Shown: piece after piece, positions 29,617-38,824 of the stretch | How positions within the stretch are numbered: the stretch's first letter is position 1 | Layout: each line of letters begins with the position of its first letter | From: a virus | Taxonomy: Duplodnaviria; Caudoviricetes | Reading direction: 5' to 3' (one strand) | IMG/VR virus record: IMGVR_UViG_3300012662_000009 | Coordinates: 94,647 to 158,646 of that record | DNA: 64,000 bases | The notes under the pieces: generated by a model | Databases searched by the model: none | Told to the model about the DNA's origin: nothing | What the model saw: the letters and a program-made list of their open reading frames with translations, nothing else | Position numbers and translations under genes: made by a program

Positions 29617-29688
29617 GGTTCTTTAGCTCAATGGTAGAGCAATTGACTGTTAATCAATAGGTTATAGGTTCGAGCCCTATAAGAACCG
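29617..29688 (+). tRNA. tRNA-Asn(GUU)
   Basis: Cloverleaf, ATTGA-CT-GTT-AA-TCAAT, G73. Confidence 0.95.
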
Positions 29689-29697
29689 CGGATATAA

Positions 29698-29783
29698 GGA
29701 GGAGAAGCAGAATGGATTCATGCACCAATCTTCTAAATTGGCATCTGTAATAGATGTTGTGGGTTCGACTCCCACCTCCTTCA
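29698..29783 (+). tRNA. tRNA with UCU (Arg) anticodon and long class-II variable arm
   Basis: GGAGGAG/CTCCTTC, CCAAT-CT-TCT-AA-ATTGG, variable stem CATCT-GTAAT-AGATG. Confidence 0.85.
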
Positions 29784-29789
29784 CAAAAC

Positions 29790-29861
29790 GCTCCTATAGT
29801 ATAATGGTTATTACACCTCACTTGTAATGAGGTTATATTGGTTCGATTCCGATTAGGAGCT
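29790..29861 (+). tRNA. tRNA-Thr(UGU)
   Basis: GCTCCTA/TAGGAGC, CCTCA-CT-TGT-AA-TGAGG. Confidence 0.95.
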
Positions 29862-29871
29862 CAGGAAAAAA

Positions 29872-30014
29872 GTTCATGGTTGGATCCACCTGGAACAACG
29901 TAATACTCAATAGGCCCACTGAGAGGGAAAACTCGAGAAGAACCTCCCATGCACACTTGATTGGTCTGAATCGTAGGTCGGATGGTATAGCTGCACATGC
30001 CAGTAATAATGTGC
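29872..30014 (+). ncRNA. Unidentified structured RNA motif, copy 2
   Basis: Hairpin-AACGTAA-tactcaata-variable domain-TCTG AATCGTAGGT CGGA-tgGTAT-hairpin. Confidence 0.6.
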
Positions 30015-30020
30015 TTGACA

Positions 30021-30056
30021 AAAAATCCTCTGAAAGAAATTTCGGAGGATTTTTTG
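30021..30056 (+). terminator. Intrinsic terminator closing the RNA cluster
   Basis: aaaaatcctctgaa-agaaa-tttcggaggatttttt. Confidence 0.8.
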
Positions 30057-30140
30057 TGTCCTATACTAAATTTTTTAAAACCATTTGTTATATCAATACA
30101 TAAAAGAATATATAACTAACGCAGTAAAACCAACAAAGAT

Positions 30141-30311
30141 ATGAAAAAGTTGATAATAACAATCGCAATATTAATAGTCCTTTGTAGCACTATAGGTCTT
30201 TCTTTTATATGGAAATCTGCACCAGACGTATGTATTCTTGGTAGCTGCATATCTATTCTATGTTCTTACTGGTTTTACACCGCTGCTATTGATGCCTCAC
30301 ATGGAGAATAA
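30141..30311 (+). CDS. Small membrane protein (56 aa, below the track cut-off)
   Basis: MKKLIITIAILIVLCSTIGLSFIWK...; promoter motif at 30067-30093. Confidence 0.5.
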   Translation: MKKLIITIAILIVLCSTIGLSFIWKSAPDVCILGSCISILCSYWFYTAAIDASHGE

Positions 30312-30493
30312 AAGATCTTATTATATATAAAAAAGATCCTTCATGAAGAATCCTTTCAAACCACAATATAGAATCCTCACTGATAGAAATAGTAGGTTCT
30401 GGATACTGCGAAAGAAATGGTATCAAAGTGATTATCACGTATTTACTAAAATGGGATCTTATAGTAATCTCTTAAAAATCAAAGAAATAATTC

Positions 30494-30711
30494 ATGAGTT
30501 GGTTTACGGAAAGTAATAGGATAAGCATTTCTTCGGAGGATTTCTATTAGGACTCTTTATAAATTTTTGGTTCGCAATCGGTGTTGGTTGGGGAATGGAA
30601 TTTAAAGATGAGCAATATGGAAATAAATTTGACCTCATAGACTTCGCAATGACCACAATAGGAGGTCTTATAGGTTATATGATACAAATCTTTATAATAA
30701 AACTCATATGA
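30494..30711 (+). pseudogene. Small membrane protein gene with a 1-nt frameshift near 30520
   Basis: MSWFTESNR continues in the -1 frame as KHFFGGFLLG...GMEFKDEQYGNKFDLIDFAMTTIGGLIG. Confidence 0.55.
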
Positions 30712-31001
30712 ATATCAAAGAACAAATATCAAAACGTCAAGATTTTAATAGAGTTATCCTTACACGACTTGAAAAGAAATATGGAGATCAATATAAATAT
30801 CTTTGGCAGCCTATATCACAATGCGTAGAAGGAATACCTCAGCAGAGATTCGGGCAAATCATATGTAATTATATCCTACCAGATTACAGATGTAGTTTTC
30901 CTTCGGAAATCACTCAAAATTTTATGTCACAGATCTTTCCCAATGACCCTGACCCATTCTATGAAGAATCATATACAACACTAAAACGAATATCACAATG
31001 A
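30708..31001 (+). CDS. Hypothetical protein
   Basis: PQQRFGQII...DPFYEES. Confidence 0.55.
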   Translation: MNIKEQISKRQDFNRVILTRLEKKYGDQYKYLWQPISQCVEGIPQQRFGQIICNYILPDYRCSFPSEITQNFMSQIFPNDPDPFYEESYTTLKRISQ

Positions 31002-31379
31002 AACGGGACATTTTCTTTATAATAATTTTAACAATCCTTTTCTTTATACCTATTTCATATATACTTTACTCGCTCCTTGATTTTGAAACTATTATAGTAT
31101 CAGGAGGGGTGCTTGCAATAGCATTAGTGGTATATGAAATATTTCATCAAAAGAAACTTCGTAAACACTAAAGTTTTTGGTGCTAAAAGACGTTGTAAAA
31201 GATATGGATAGATCGAAGAAATGCATAAGATCGTTAAAGAAATGCAAATTAAGCGATAGCAGCCGAATCCTATAAATAAAGTCTTAATGTGTTCATATAA
31301 GAATTAGAATCATTCATATAATTATTTTTTAGCCTATCATATGATAGGCTTTTTTATTATATATAAAAAAATTAAAGCA

Positions 31380-31958
31380 ATGTTCAAAATAGCCTCTCAC
31401 AATTCACTCACATATCTTCCTGTAAAGAATTGGTATTTAATACCCTTTAAGTACATGGCAAGATGCCAATCAAAAGACCTTAAAACTCAATATGAAGAAT
31501 ATAATATAAGATTCTTTGATATAAGAATTAAATTTGATACTAAAGAAGATGCATATTTTGGTCACGGATTAATAACTTATAAAGCTAAAATAGAAGATGT
31601 CTTTACATATCTTAATAATAAAGAAGGAGTTACGGTAAGAATCCTCCTTGAAAATAAATCAAAAAAATATTATAAAAGATTTAGAGAGTTCTGTGATTAC
31701 CTTGTAAAAAGATTTCCTCATATAAACTTTATAGGGGGGCGAGACAAACACAATTGGGAAATTGTATATAACTTCCCTGGTCATGAGCCTACATATCTTG
31801 ATAAATATGCTTCCAATAATAAACTCGCTAAGAATTGTTCAGGATGGATCTTAGATGATCTCTGTCCGTGGATTTACGCAAAATTATTTAATAAAAAGAA
31901 TATTCAAAAAGGTACTGATAAAGAATATTTGATGATAGACTTTGTAAATATATCATAA
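31380..31958 (+). CDS. PI-PLC X-domain-like phosphodiesterase
   Basis: ASHNS, CQSKDLKTQY, IRFFDIRI, FGHG; ATG at 31380 preferred. Confidence 0.7.
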   Translation: MFKIASHNSLTYLPVKNWYLIPFKYMARCQSKDLKTQYEEYNIRFFDIRIKFDTKEDAYFGHGLITYKAKIEDVFTYLNNKEGVTVRILLENKSKKYYKRFREFCDYLVKRFPHINFIGGRDKHNWEIVYNFPGHEPTYLDKYASNNKLAKNCSGWILDDLCPWIYAKLFNKKNIQKGTDKEYLMIDFVNIS

Positions 31959-31984
31959 CATACCTCTATAACACGCATAGAAGA

Positions 31985-32052
31985 GATTTAACAAAGAGAA
32001 ATAGGCTTAGGTATATAAATCTATATCTAAGCCTATTTTGATCGAAATTTGA
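31985..32052. repeat. Dispersed palindromic element, copy 3
   Basis: gatttaacaaagag-aaataggcttaggtata-TAAATC-tatatctaagcctatttt-gatcgaaatttga. Confidence 0.85.
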
Positions 32053-32058
32053 GAGGTT

Positions 32059-32910
32059 TTACGCGTAATCTTTCATGGAGCGAACTATGTCACTTTCTAC
32101 ATTATTTGTCGCCCAGAGGAGAAGAATAGGATCTCCACCGCGAGTTACCAATTGTAGGAGGCCTTTGGAGTTAAGATAAAATCCATCAATTCCGTTATCA
32201 ACCATTTGACTGAACTCTTTAATATGATCAGATATTATGTATCTATTAAGACCATGATCTTTCATTTCTTTATAGACATTTTTAAGATATTTAATTACAG
32301 GGCCTTTCTCATCTGTAAAAATTATTCTAAACAATTTTTTACCTTCGGATTGTATATTACTGAGATCGTAAAAATTTACATTGGAATTTATAATGGATAT
32401 AAATCTAATCACAGCACTATGATCAATAAATTTTAAATTGAGATTTCGGATGGAATTAATCCCTTTTAATTTAAGAATTGACTGTTCATCCATTTTACCA
32501 GAAACATTTATATTTATGTTTTTGATATCCTTATTATTTTCTATAAAAGATATTAGTCCTGCGCCGGGAATATCCTTTTGAGATTTGATAGGATATTCTA
32601 TATTTATGATTATTACTTTATTCCAGGGTTCTTCTTCTAATTTAATCCATTTCGGAATCGGATTAAATAATCTTAAACTCCTACCTAAAGAATCTCTAAA
32701 TGTCCTCTTGATGTCTACCTTTCCTTCAGGATTAATGAAAAAATCATTGGCTAATTTCCTATTATCATTGTCCCATAATCCACGAGCATTTATAGGATCT
32801 TTGAACCAGTCAATCATAGATTGATTGGGTGTCTTATCCAATAAATCATCTTCTTTATCGAAAAGAGATTCATTAAAGGATTTTATTATATATTCTTTAA
32901 TATCTTTCAT
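32059..32910 (-). CDS. Paralog family member (LFD.E..L.DK.P); putative internal virion protein
   Basis: MKDIKEYIIKSFNESLFDKEDDLLDKTP. Confidence 0.65.
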   Translation of the reverse strand: MKDIKEYIIKSFNESLFDKEDDLLDKTPNQSMIDWFKDPINARGLWDNDNRKLANDFFINPEGKVDIKRTFRDSLGRSLRLFNPIPKWIKLEEEPWNKVIIINIEYPIKSQKDIPGAGLISFIENNKDIKNININVSGKMDEQSILKLKGINSIRNLNLKFIDHSAVIRFISIINSNVNFYDLSNIQSEGKKLFRIIFTDEKGPVIKYLKNVYKEMKDHGLNRYIISDHIKEFSQMVDNGIDGFYLNSKGLLQLVTRGGDPILLLWATNNVESDIVRSMKDYA

Positions 32911-32955
32911 AAATAGAATTTTATAAATAAATAATAACAGATATTAAAAGATTAT

Positions 32956-33489
32956 CTAATCCTCCTCAGATTCCTTTAACATACTCTTAATAAAATCTTT
33001 AGAACCTCTATGGGTGTTTTGATTGACTTCTATTTCCTCATCAGTATTCTTGTCAAAATTCATTTCTAATTGAAATCCTTTCATCATATTATTAAGACTT
33101 GTTACGATCTCACCCATCTTTGTCGTAATTGATATAATAGTTTTTTGAATTTCTGTAAGGGCTCTATATAAAGAAGCATTATTATTATTCGTTGAAATGG
33201 CTTGTAAAATAGCGTCATGAGCCCTTTCATCCGCCTTTCGCATCTTGATAAGAACTCTCATAGATTCTAATTCAGAATCTATACGTTTTTTGATGGTAGG
33301 ATGACTCTTGATAAATTCCTCATCATAATAAAATTGCGAGAGATTATTAATCATATCCCTAGCATCTTTTATAGAGGAATCATCTATATCAGATAGGTCA
33401 ATTGTAATGAGGTTTTCTCCATCTATGTCAAAAAGCTCGTCCCCGGATTTTTGCCTTTGCTCAAAAATTTCTTTCTCAAGGTCTTCCAT
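32956..33489 (-). CDS. Hypothetical helical protein
   Basis: 177-aa ORF coupled to the upstream gene. Confidence 0.5.
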   Translation of the reverse strand: MEDLEKEIFEQRQKSGDELFDIDGENLITIDLSDIDDSSIKDARDMINNLSQFYYDEEFIKSHPTIKKRIDSELESMRVLIKMRKADERAHDAILQAISTNNNNASLYRALTEIQKTIISITTKMGEIVTSLNNMMKGFQLEMNFDKNTDEEIEVNQNTHRGSKDFIKSMLKESEED

Positions 33490-34184
33490 TACTTCTTAGA
33501 TTTTTTAATAGTCTTCTTAGGAATTTCTTTTATAACTTCTTTTTTGGGTTCTGGTATATAAAAAGGTTCAATGTGTTCTTCTTCTTTATCTTGTGCTTCA
33601 AAAATCTTTTTAAGGGATTCTTTAATACCTTCTTTTATAACATTAATATCAATCTTATTTATATACCACTCAACAATTTCTTCTTCTGTTATTCCCATGA
33701 TTTCTATAAGCATATCGATAGCTTTCTTAGGAAAGGACTTATCATCTATCTTAAAATCTATCTTCGGAAGAGGTTTTCTGGATAACGCTCGAGATATTAT
33801 AGGATCTTCTTTATAAGTTGTGGTTTGTAAAGAGTTATTTATATAACTATTTGTAGGGCCGACAAATGAATTTCCTGAGATAAGATATTGATCTTCAGGT
33901 AATATATCGGATTCCGGTTGGATCATATCAAGTACGTCTTGCGGGTATGTTTGAGATTTTGTAGGAGTGCTTGATTGAGGAGATTGTTTAGATATAGGTG
34001 CATCAGACTTAATATAATTCTGTATAAAATTATAATCAAGCATTCTCCCATCTGTTGTTTTGACAAGATATTGATTATCTTGGAAATAAGAATCTTCTAC
34101 TGTAAAAGAATCTCCTGTCTGAGGATTATACCAGGTACCGGACATTACAGGTCCTTCACCACTAAAGGATAAGTTATTCAACAT
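33489..34184 (-). CDS. Hypothetical protein
   Basis: 231-aa ORF. Confidence 0.5.
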   Translation of the reverse strand: MLNNLSFSGEGPVMSGTWYNPQTGDSFTVEDSYFQDNQYLVKTTDGRMLDYNFIQNYIKSDAPISKQSPQSSTPTKSQTYPQDVLDMIQPESDILPEDQYLISGNSFVGPTNSYINNSLQTTTYKEDPIISRALSRKPLPKIDFKIDDKSFPKKAIDMLIEIMGITEEEIVEWYINKIDINVIKEGIKESLKKIFEAQDKEEEHIEPFYIPEPKKEVIKEIPKKTIKKSKK

Positions 34185-34186
34185 AA

Positions 34187-34786
34187 TTAATTAAATGATT
34201 TTGAGTATATTTCTAATAATTCGGGGTGTTTAATAAGTGTATATATAATAGTTGCTACACGAGAAGGTTCTTCATTAGCGAAATAAAGTACTGGGGAGTT
34301 CTTAAAAGAATATAAAGACTTTACAAAGCTTTGGATATCCCGCGATTCAACATTATCTCGTTCTTTGAAGTTATAAGCATATTTTTCATTGAGATATCGA
34401 GTTTTTCTATTTATTGTAGTTCCATCTAACCATATAAAACATATGTCATCATTTATAGAATTTGGAATAATACTTAAAAATTGATCAGGAGATACAGCAA
34501 AGACCTCATTGTGGTCTAAAGAATATTTTGACAGACCTTCGAAGTACTTATAAGATTCTGATGTGATTCCACAAGGAATTTCTTGGATAAAAACATATGC
34601 ATTGTTTTCGAAAATGTCTTTAATATCTTTATCAGTATATAATTCGTAATTAAAACTATTATAAATCTCTGCACGTGGCTCTGATATATTAGAAAATAAT
34701 TTTCCACAAGGGATTTTATATTGACTTAAAATATCTAATATTTCTTGCTTGCCTGAGCTATGTAAGCCTACAATAAAATACTTCAC
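34187..34786 (-). CDS. P-loop nucleotide kinase (guanylate-kinase-like)
   Basis: FIVGLHSSGKQ at the N-terminus. Confidence 0.5.
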   Translation of the reverse strand: MKYFIVGLHSSGKQEILDILSQYKIPCGKLFSNISEPRAEIYNSFNYELYTDKDIKDIFENNAYVFIQEIPCGITSESYKYFEGLSKYSLDHNEVFAVSPDQFLSIIPNSINDDICFIWLDGTTINRKTRYLNEKYAYNFKERDNVESRDIQSFVKSLYSFKNSPVLYFANEEPSRVATIIYTLIKHPELLEIYSKSFN

Positions 34787-34854
34787 TTGATTCTAAGATT
34801 TTTCTTAAGAATAAGTGAAGTATTTATAATAGGTTAAGGATTTTATAAGAATTT

Positions 34855-37800
34855 TTATACCATTCTCACTTTTACGCCATTTGCATGTACTCCGACACCC
34901 GTCAAGACATCTAAGATCTCGCTTATACCCATAAAGTCTTCGCTTATGGCATTTGTCCTATTCTTATTAAATGCTTTTATTCTTGCCATTCGTTCTGCGG
35001 CACTATTTCCAACACCATTAGATATGATTGTCGAGGCTTTATTTTTTAAGTAATTTATAGGCTTATCGGATATATTTTCATCAGTAGTATCAGTATCTTT
35101 TCCAGGCTTTTCCGGAGTTACATCACCAACAGCAATATCTTCCATTTTCTTTGGAATTTTTGATAACAATTCTTTTAATTCCTCAAGGAGAGGAGCTATT
35201 CGGTCATTTAAGGCTTCAGCAAGATCTTGGAAGTTGCCATTTATAGATTGTGAGAAATCGGCCATATGCTCAAATAAACGTTCTGCAGACTGGAGTTTTT
35301 GAAGATCCATTGAATTGACCTTATCCATGAATTTCATATATTGTTCGGTTGACTTTTGAATGAAATTCAATCGAGATGCCAAAGATATATTATCTTTCTT
35401 GGGGAATATATCAACAACATTTTTCATTATATTTTGTATCCTTCGAGATTTCTTTTCATTATCAACCAAAGCGGTACCAGAAAATAATGTTATTTGCTCT
35501 ATTACTGATTGCGCAGAACTTAAAATATTTTTTGCACCATCAAGAGCCGAAGTATTGTCTTTCCATGATTCTAAAGAGGTCATCTGTGTGGTTAGCTTAG
35601 CAAAATCTTTAGATATTATGCTTGTGATGCCTTGAATAATTTTACTACCATTACCTATAATATCCGCTTTGTCGTTATTTTTATATTTTGTATTGGTCAA
35701 CGCATAACATGCATGAACAATTTCATCCATGAAATTTACTATGCTTGCAAGTTTATTACGCAATCCTTGACCACTATCAATTTCAATGCCCCCTATTCTA
35801 TTTTCTATAGCATTCATTAAAGGTATATCCAATTCATTCATTTTCTTCATATTAGTACCCATGGTCATTAAACTACCTATGATACTACTATAATTTTTAA
35901 TGATATTGGCGACATTTTCAATATCATCTGGATCAATATCTTTATATTTAGCATTATCTCCTATGAACATACCCACCACCTTAGTAGTTACTGTATTAGC
36001 GTAGGTCATAATGCTATCGATTTTTTCCGAGAGTCCTTTCGGTTCTTGAAATTTACTAATTTCCATAAGATTATTAGACATATATCTTAATGCCTCAATA
36101 CATGTGGATACTTCTGTTAAATAACCAGCTGTGGCCATTGCATTATATTGTTTAGCGCTCATGCCAACAACAAAGAAACTAAGTAAATCCGCCCAACCTG
36201 AAGAGGATTGATTCATTGTATCATCCGGTTGGTTTACAGCATCTATAACTTTATTAGAGGTATTTATAATAGATTTAAGTTTAGTATCTATATTATCACT
36301 TATTGTAATATTACCAATTTCATTAAGATTTTTTGCAATACCCTTGATAATTTCTATAGAAGATAAAGTAAGAGCTAAATAAGCTATGTTTTGAATAGCA
36401 TTCCAAATCTCAACTAAACCACTGCTAAAGAAACTTAAAATGGACTCAAAAAATCCTTTCTCAGACTTATTATCTTTATCATCTTGAGCATCCCATAAAG
36501 CATTGTTAACAGTACCCGCGGTTTGAATTACTAAATCCAGATTGTTTTTAATTTTTATATCATCCAACTCAATCTTTTGCAATCCCATTAAACTCAGGGC
36601 AATAAAATTAATAAGATTTATAGATATTAAAGTAAGTGCTAAGAATGCTATAGTAAGAATAGCATCCCATATAGCAGCCAATTGACCCAATCCTAAGAAA
36701 CTAAGCACTGCACCAAATAATCCGCGACCAGACTTATTATCTTTATCATCTTCAGGATCCCAAAGTTTATTTATAACATCCCAAGAAGTTTTTATAACTA
36801 AAGATACATTATTAGAGATTTTTTCGCCATCTAAATTAATCTCCTGTAATAATCTTAATTCACCGGCCATGAATAATATGAGTGTTACAGAAATGAGTGA
36901 AAGAGCCAGGAAAGCTACAGCCATGATAGCATCCCAAATCATTAAAAGTTTTGTACCACCGACAAATTCTATGACTGCACCAAATATTCCCCTATTGGAA
37001 TCATTATTCTTATCATCAACACCATCCCAAATACTATCAATAACTAACCAAGCGGTCTCAATGACCATCCTAACATTCTCCTGTATTTGGCCAGGATCCA
37101 ATTTCACCTCCTGCAATAATCTTAATGCACCAGCCATGAATAAGATAAGCATGATTGAAACAAAAGTTGCTGCTAAAAATGCAACAGCAAGAATAGCTTC
37201 TATAATACCTGCTATACCTTTAAAGAAATTTAATACAGGAGAATACCAGGATTTAGTTGCAGGATTACTATCAGGATCATCTCGATCAAATATAGATTCT
37301 ATAATAGACCATGCAGTATCCATTATAACTCCCACATTTTCAAGAATTCTTTCTTTATCAAGTTTTATTTCTTGCAGCATTCTTAAAAAGACAGCTGTGA
37401 GCAAGATAAGGCCTATGACCACAGTGACCGCTAAGATACCTATAGCGGCTACAAAAAGAGCGGGAAGCGCTAAGCCCATGATATAACCCATAAGAGCTAT
37501 AATACCAACTATTGCTAAGAATCCCAAAAAGAATATTAAAAGATTTTTAAGACCTTTGACAATAGGCGTAACAATAAATATAAGTATAAGTAATAAAACT
37601 GCTATAATAGTAAATGCCAAAAAGACTAATCCCAATAAGGCAAGAGCTACAAAGAGTTTGGCTGATAAGAATTTAGCTATGACTTTAATAATAATTTTCA
37701 TAACAAAACCAAAAGCCATAAAACATAAAATTATTATAGGTGAGAACATTACAAACAATGCCATTATAGGAACTAAAAGCAATATTACCCACATTAATTT

Positions 37801-38580
37801 ACCCAACATTATCATAGTCTTGAGTAAATTCTTTATTTTATGTCGAGCTCGCCTTGTATTTTTCATCCTATTAATCCTATTCAATAGATGTTCGAGTTTG
37901 TTAAGAATAGGATATATCTTCGCGAGTTTTTTATCTACGCTATGGGTATGGATTTTTCTAATAATTTTCATTATAGACCTCAAACCCTCAGAAATTTCTT
38001 CTATGGCATTTATATTCTTTACAAGAACATCAGCATCTATAGATTTCAATCCTGAACTATCAAGCCAATTACCGAAGTCTATAATATTTCCTATAGTTTT
38101 CTTAAATATCTTAATTTTCCATTTAAGCACTAATAATTTCTTAACACTTATCTTTTTAAGTTCATCAATGGACTCATTAACAGATTTTATAACATCTACT
38201 ATAGGCTTTATGGGATTACCGCTGAAGTTTATCAGGGCAGTTCTTCTACGAGCTTGTTTAATAATGAAATACCCAAGATTAATAATGTCATTAATAATCT
38301 TCTTTACTAATTTTATTTGAGATCTCTTAATTTTTTCAGCTTTAGCAATACTTTCAGCAGACGTTAAGATACTTGCCATGATACCGTCATCTCCAAAAAC
38401 CACATTAAGTGTCTCTTGAAATTTCTTGACATCATTTGCAGTTTTCGCTGATATATAAGCATCTTTTTTATACATAGTCTTAACAACCACTTCTAAAACC
38501 TGAGAAGAGGCTTTAAGTTGAGATTCAATAATTTTTACCAAATCATTTTGATTTACGGGCTTTGTAGAGTCTTTGGCCAT
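34855..38580 (-). CDS. Tape-measure-like membrane protein with internal repeats
   Basis: 1241 aa, mostly helical, long hydrophobic block, tandem ~88-aa repeats. Confidence 0.6.
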   Translation of the reverse strand: MAKDSTKPVNQNDLVKIIESQLKASSQVLEVVVKTMYKKDAYISAKTANDVKKFQETLNVVFGDDGIMASILTSAESIAKAEKIKRSQIKLVKKIINDIINLGYFIIKQARRRTALINFSGNPIKPIVDVIKSVNESIDELKKISVKKLLVLKWKIKIFKKTIGNIIDFGNWLDSSGLKSIDADVLVKNINAIEEISEGLRSIMKIIRKIHTHSVDKKLAKIYPILNKLEHLLNRINRMKNTRRARHKIKNLLKTMIMLGKLMWVILLLVPIMALFVMFSPIIILCFMAFGFVMKIIIKVIAKFLSAKLFVALALLGLVFLAFTIIAVLLLILIFIVTPIVKGLKNLLIFFLGFLAIVGIIALMGYIMGLALPALFVAAIGILAVTVVIGLILLTAVFLRMLQEIKLDKERILENVGVIMDTAWSIIESIFDRDDPDSNPATKSWYSPVLNFFKGIAGIIEAILAVAFLAATFVSIMLILFMAGALRLLQEVKLDPGQIQENVRMVIETAWLVIDSIWDGVDDKNNDSNRGIFGAVIEFVGGTKLLMIWDAIMAVAFLALSLISVTLILFMAGELRLLQEINLDGEKISNNVSLVIKTSWDVINKLWDPEDDKDNKSGRGLFGAVLSFLGLGQLAAIWDAILTIAFLALTLISINLINFIALSLMGLQKIELDDIKIKNNLDLVIQTAGTVNNALWDAQDDKDNKSEKGFFESILSFFSSGLVEIWNAIQNIAYLALTLSSIEIIKGIAKNLNEIGNITISDNIDTKLKSIINTSNKVIDAVNQPDDTMNQSSSGWADLLSFFVVGMSAKQYNAMATAGYLTEVSTCIEALRYMSNNLMEISKFQEPKGLSEKIDSIMTYANTVTTKVVGMFIGDNAKYKDIDPDDIENVANIIKNYSSIIGSLMTMGTNMKKMNELDIPLMNAIENRIGGIEIDSGQGLRNKLASIVNFMDEIVHACYALTNTKYKNNDKADIIGNGSKIIQGITSIISKDFAKLTTQMTSLESWKDNTSALDGAKNILSSAQSVIEQITLFSGTALVDNEKKSRRIQNIMKNVVDIFPKKDNISLASRLNFIQKSTEQYMKFMDKVNSMDLQKLQSAERLFEHMADFSQSINGNFQDLAEALNDRIAPLLEELKELLSKIPKKMEDIAVGDVTPEKPGKDTDTTDENISDKPINYLKNKASTIISNGVGNSAAERMARIKAFNKNRTNAISEDFMGISEILDVLTGVGVHANGVKVRMV

Positions 38581-38824
38581 ATTTTATATTATATGACTTA
38601 ATAATAACTCTTAAAAACTAAATCATTGAAAAACTTTTTATATATAAAAACAAAAACATTATGTTTACTTTCATCAGTACATTAATCAGAATTATTATCT
38701 GGGTTTTGATCGGTCTATTTGCTGCTATAGGATTTACATTATGTCTTCCTATTTTTATTCTATGCATAATATTTGTATCATCAAAACTGGGTTATTTAAT
38801 ATCGAAATATAAACAGAAAAAGCC

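Noticed and set aside
29698-29783. Reading this tRNA as a CUA amber suppressor (the loop contains TTCTAAA)
   Set aside because: The only pairing stem is CCAAT/ATTGG, which places TCT at positions 34-36.
29919-29945. Hammerhead ribozyme (ctgagag...gaaa)
   Set aside because: Does not match the CUGANGA...GAAA core with correctly placed stems, and is absent from copy 1 of the motif.
29833-30103. Short ORFs 29833-30021 (-) and 29876-30103 (+)
   Set aside because: They overlap tRNA-Thr, the structured RNA and the terminator; the region is better explained as non-coding RNA.
36869-38320. Long + strand ORFs (205 and 254 aa)
   Set aside because: Antisense shadows of the hydrophobic tape-measure-like gene, with no motifs of their own.
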